DNA of 63,197 bases, filler included, from Chiloscyllium plagiosum (lineage: Eukaryota): NCBI RefSeq assembly GCF_004010195.1. It is 4 parts of one record of this genome, joined end to end, with 100 filler letters (N's around TTAATTAATTAA, not from the genome) between each part and the next. Parts side by side here need not be neighbours in the genome. Positions count along the whole stretch, not along the records: positions 58,356 to 63,197 come from NC_057712.1; 3 more parts are not named here. The stretch is one strand, 5' to 3'. A program made the translations under genes and the position numbers. This document shows, one piece after another, positions 62,411 through 63,197 of this stretch (position 1 is its first letter; every line of letters begins with the position of its first letter). Under the pieces are notes generated by a model. The model worked only from the letters and a program-made list of their open reading frames with translations. It was not told where the DNA came from and did not search any database.

Positions 62411-63197
62411 TATAGAACATAGAACATAGAACATAGAAGAATACAGCGCAGTACAGGCCCTTTGGCCCTCGATGTTGCGCCGATCCAAGCCCACCTAACC
62501 TATACTAACCCACTATCCTCCATATACCTATCCAATGCCCGCTTAAATGCCCATAAAGAGGGAGAGTCCACCACTGCTACTGGCAGGGCATTCCATGAAC
62601 TTACGACTCGCTGAATGAAGAACCTACCCCTAACTTCAGTCCAATATCTACCCCCCTTAATGTAAAGCTATGCCCCCTTGTAATACCCAACTCCATACGC
62701 GGGAAAAGGTTCACACTGTCAACCCTATCTAACCCCCTAATCATCTTGTACACCTCAATCAAGTCACCCCTAAACCTTCTTTTCTCTAATGAAAACAGCC
62801 CCAAGTGTCTCAGTCTTTCCTCATACGATCTTCCTTCCATACCAGGCAACATCCTGGTAAACCTCCTCTGCACCCGTTCCAGTGCCTCCACATCCTTCCT
62901 ATAGTATGGCAACCAAAACTGCACACAATATTCCAGATGCGGCCGCACCAGAGTCTTATACAACTGCAACATGACCCCAGGACTCCGGAACTCAATCCCT
63001 CTACCAATAAAAGCCAGTACGCCATATGCCTTCCTCACCGCACTATTTACCTGGGTGGCAACTTTCAGAAATCTGTGTACATGGACACCAAGATCACTCT
63101 GCTCATCCACACTACCAAGTATCCGACCATTAGCCCAGTACCCCATCTCTTTGTTATTCTTCCCAAAGTGAATCACCTCACACTTAGCCACATTGAA
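62411..63197 (-). mobile_element. Young CR1 LINE 3' portion, running off the window
   Basis: LVRPHLEYCVQFWLPYYRKDVEALERVQRRFTRMLPG; (ttctatg)n tail; near-identical to 22933-23169. Confidence 0.95.

Overview
Repeat-saturated vertebrate intronic or intergenic DNA. The repeat families (HE1-type V-SINEs, Deu-domain SINEs, esterase-bearing CR1 LINEs, Penelope-like elements) point to a cartilaginous fish, probably a shark; this is inferred from repeat content only. I found no host protein-coding exon, rRNA, true tRNA gene or CRISPR array. A large share of the window is CR1-type LINE. There are also Rex1 and RTE fragments, three solo LTRs with 5-bp TSDs, and decayed PIF/Harbinger relics. The most interesting signal is about 20 tiny (60-400 bp) insertions derived from the 3' termini of at least four Penelope-like element (PLE) families. 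They carry minimal hammerhead-ribozyme cores with covarying helices, often occur as head-to-head palindromes, and are flanked by 9-16 bp target duplications. Also notable are a 133-bp duplication enclosing a 47-bp templated insertion, a local duplication that preserves both empty and SINE-filled sites, and an unexplained ~110-bp inverted repeat. Three N-gaps contain an artificial TTAATTAATTAA linker. All calls are by eye, and TE boundaries are approximate unless TSDs are given.
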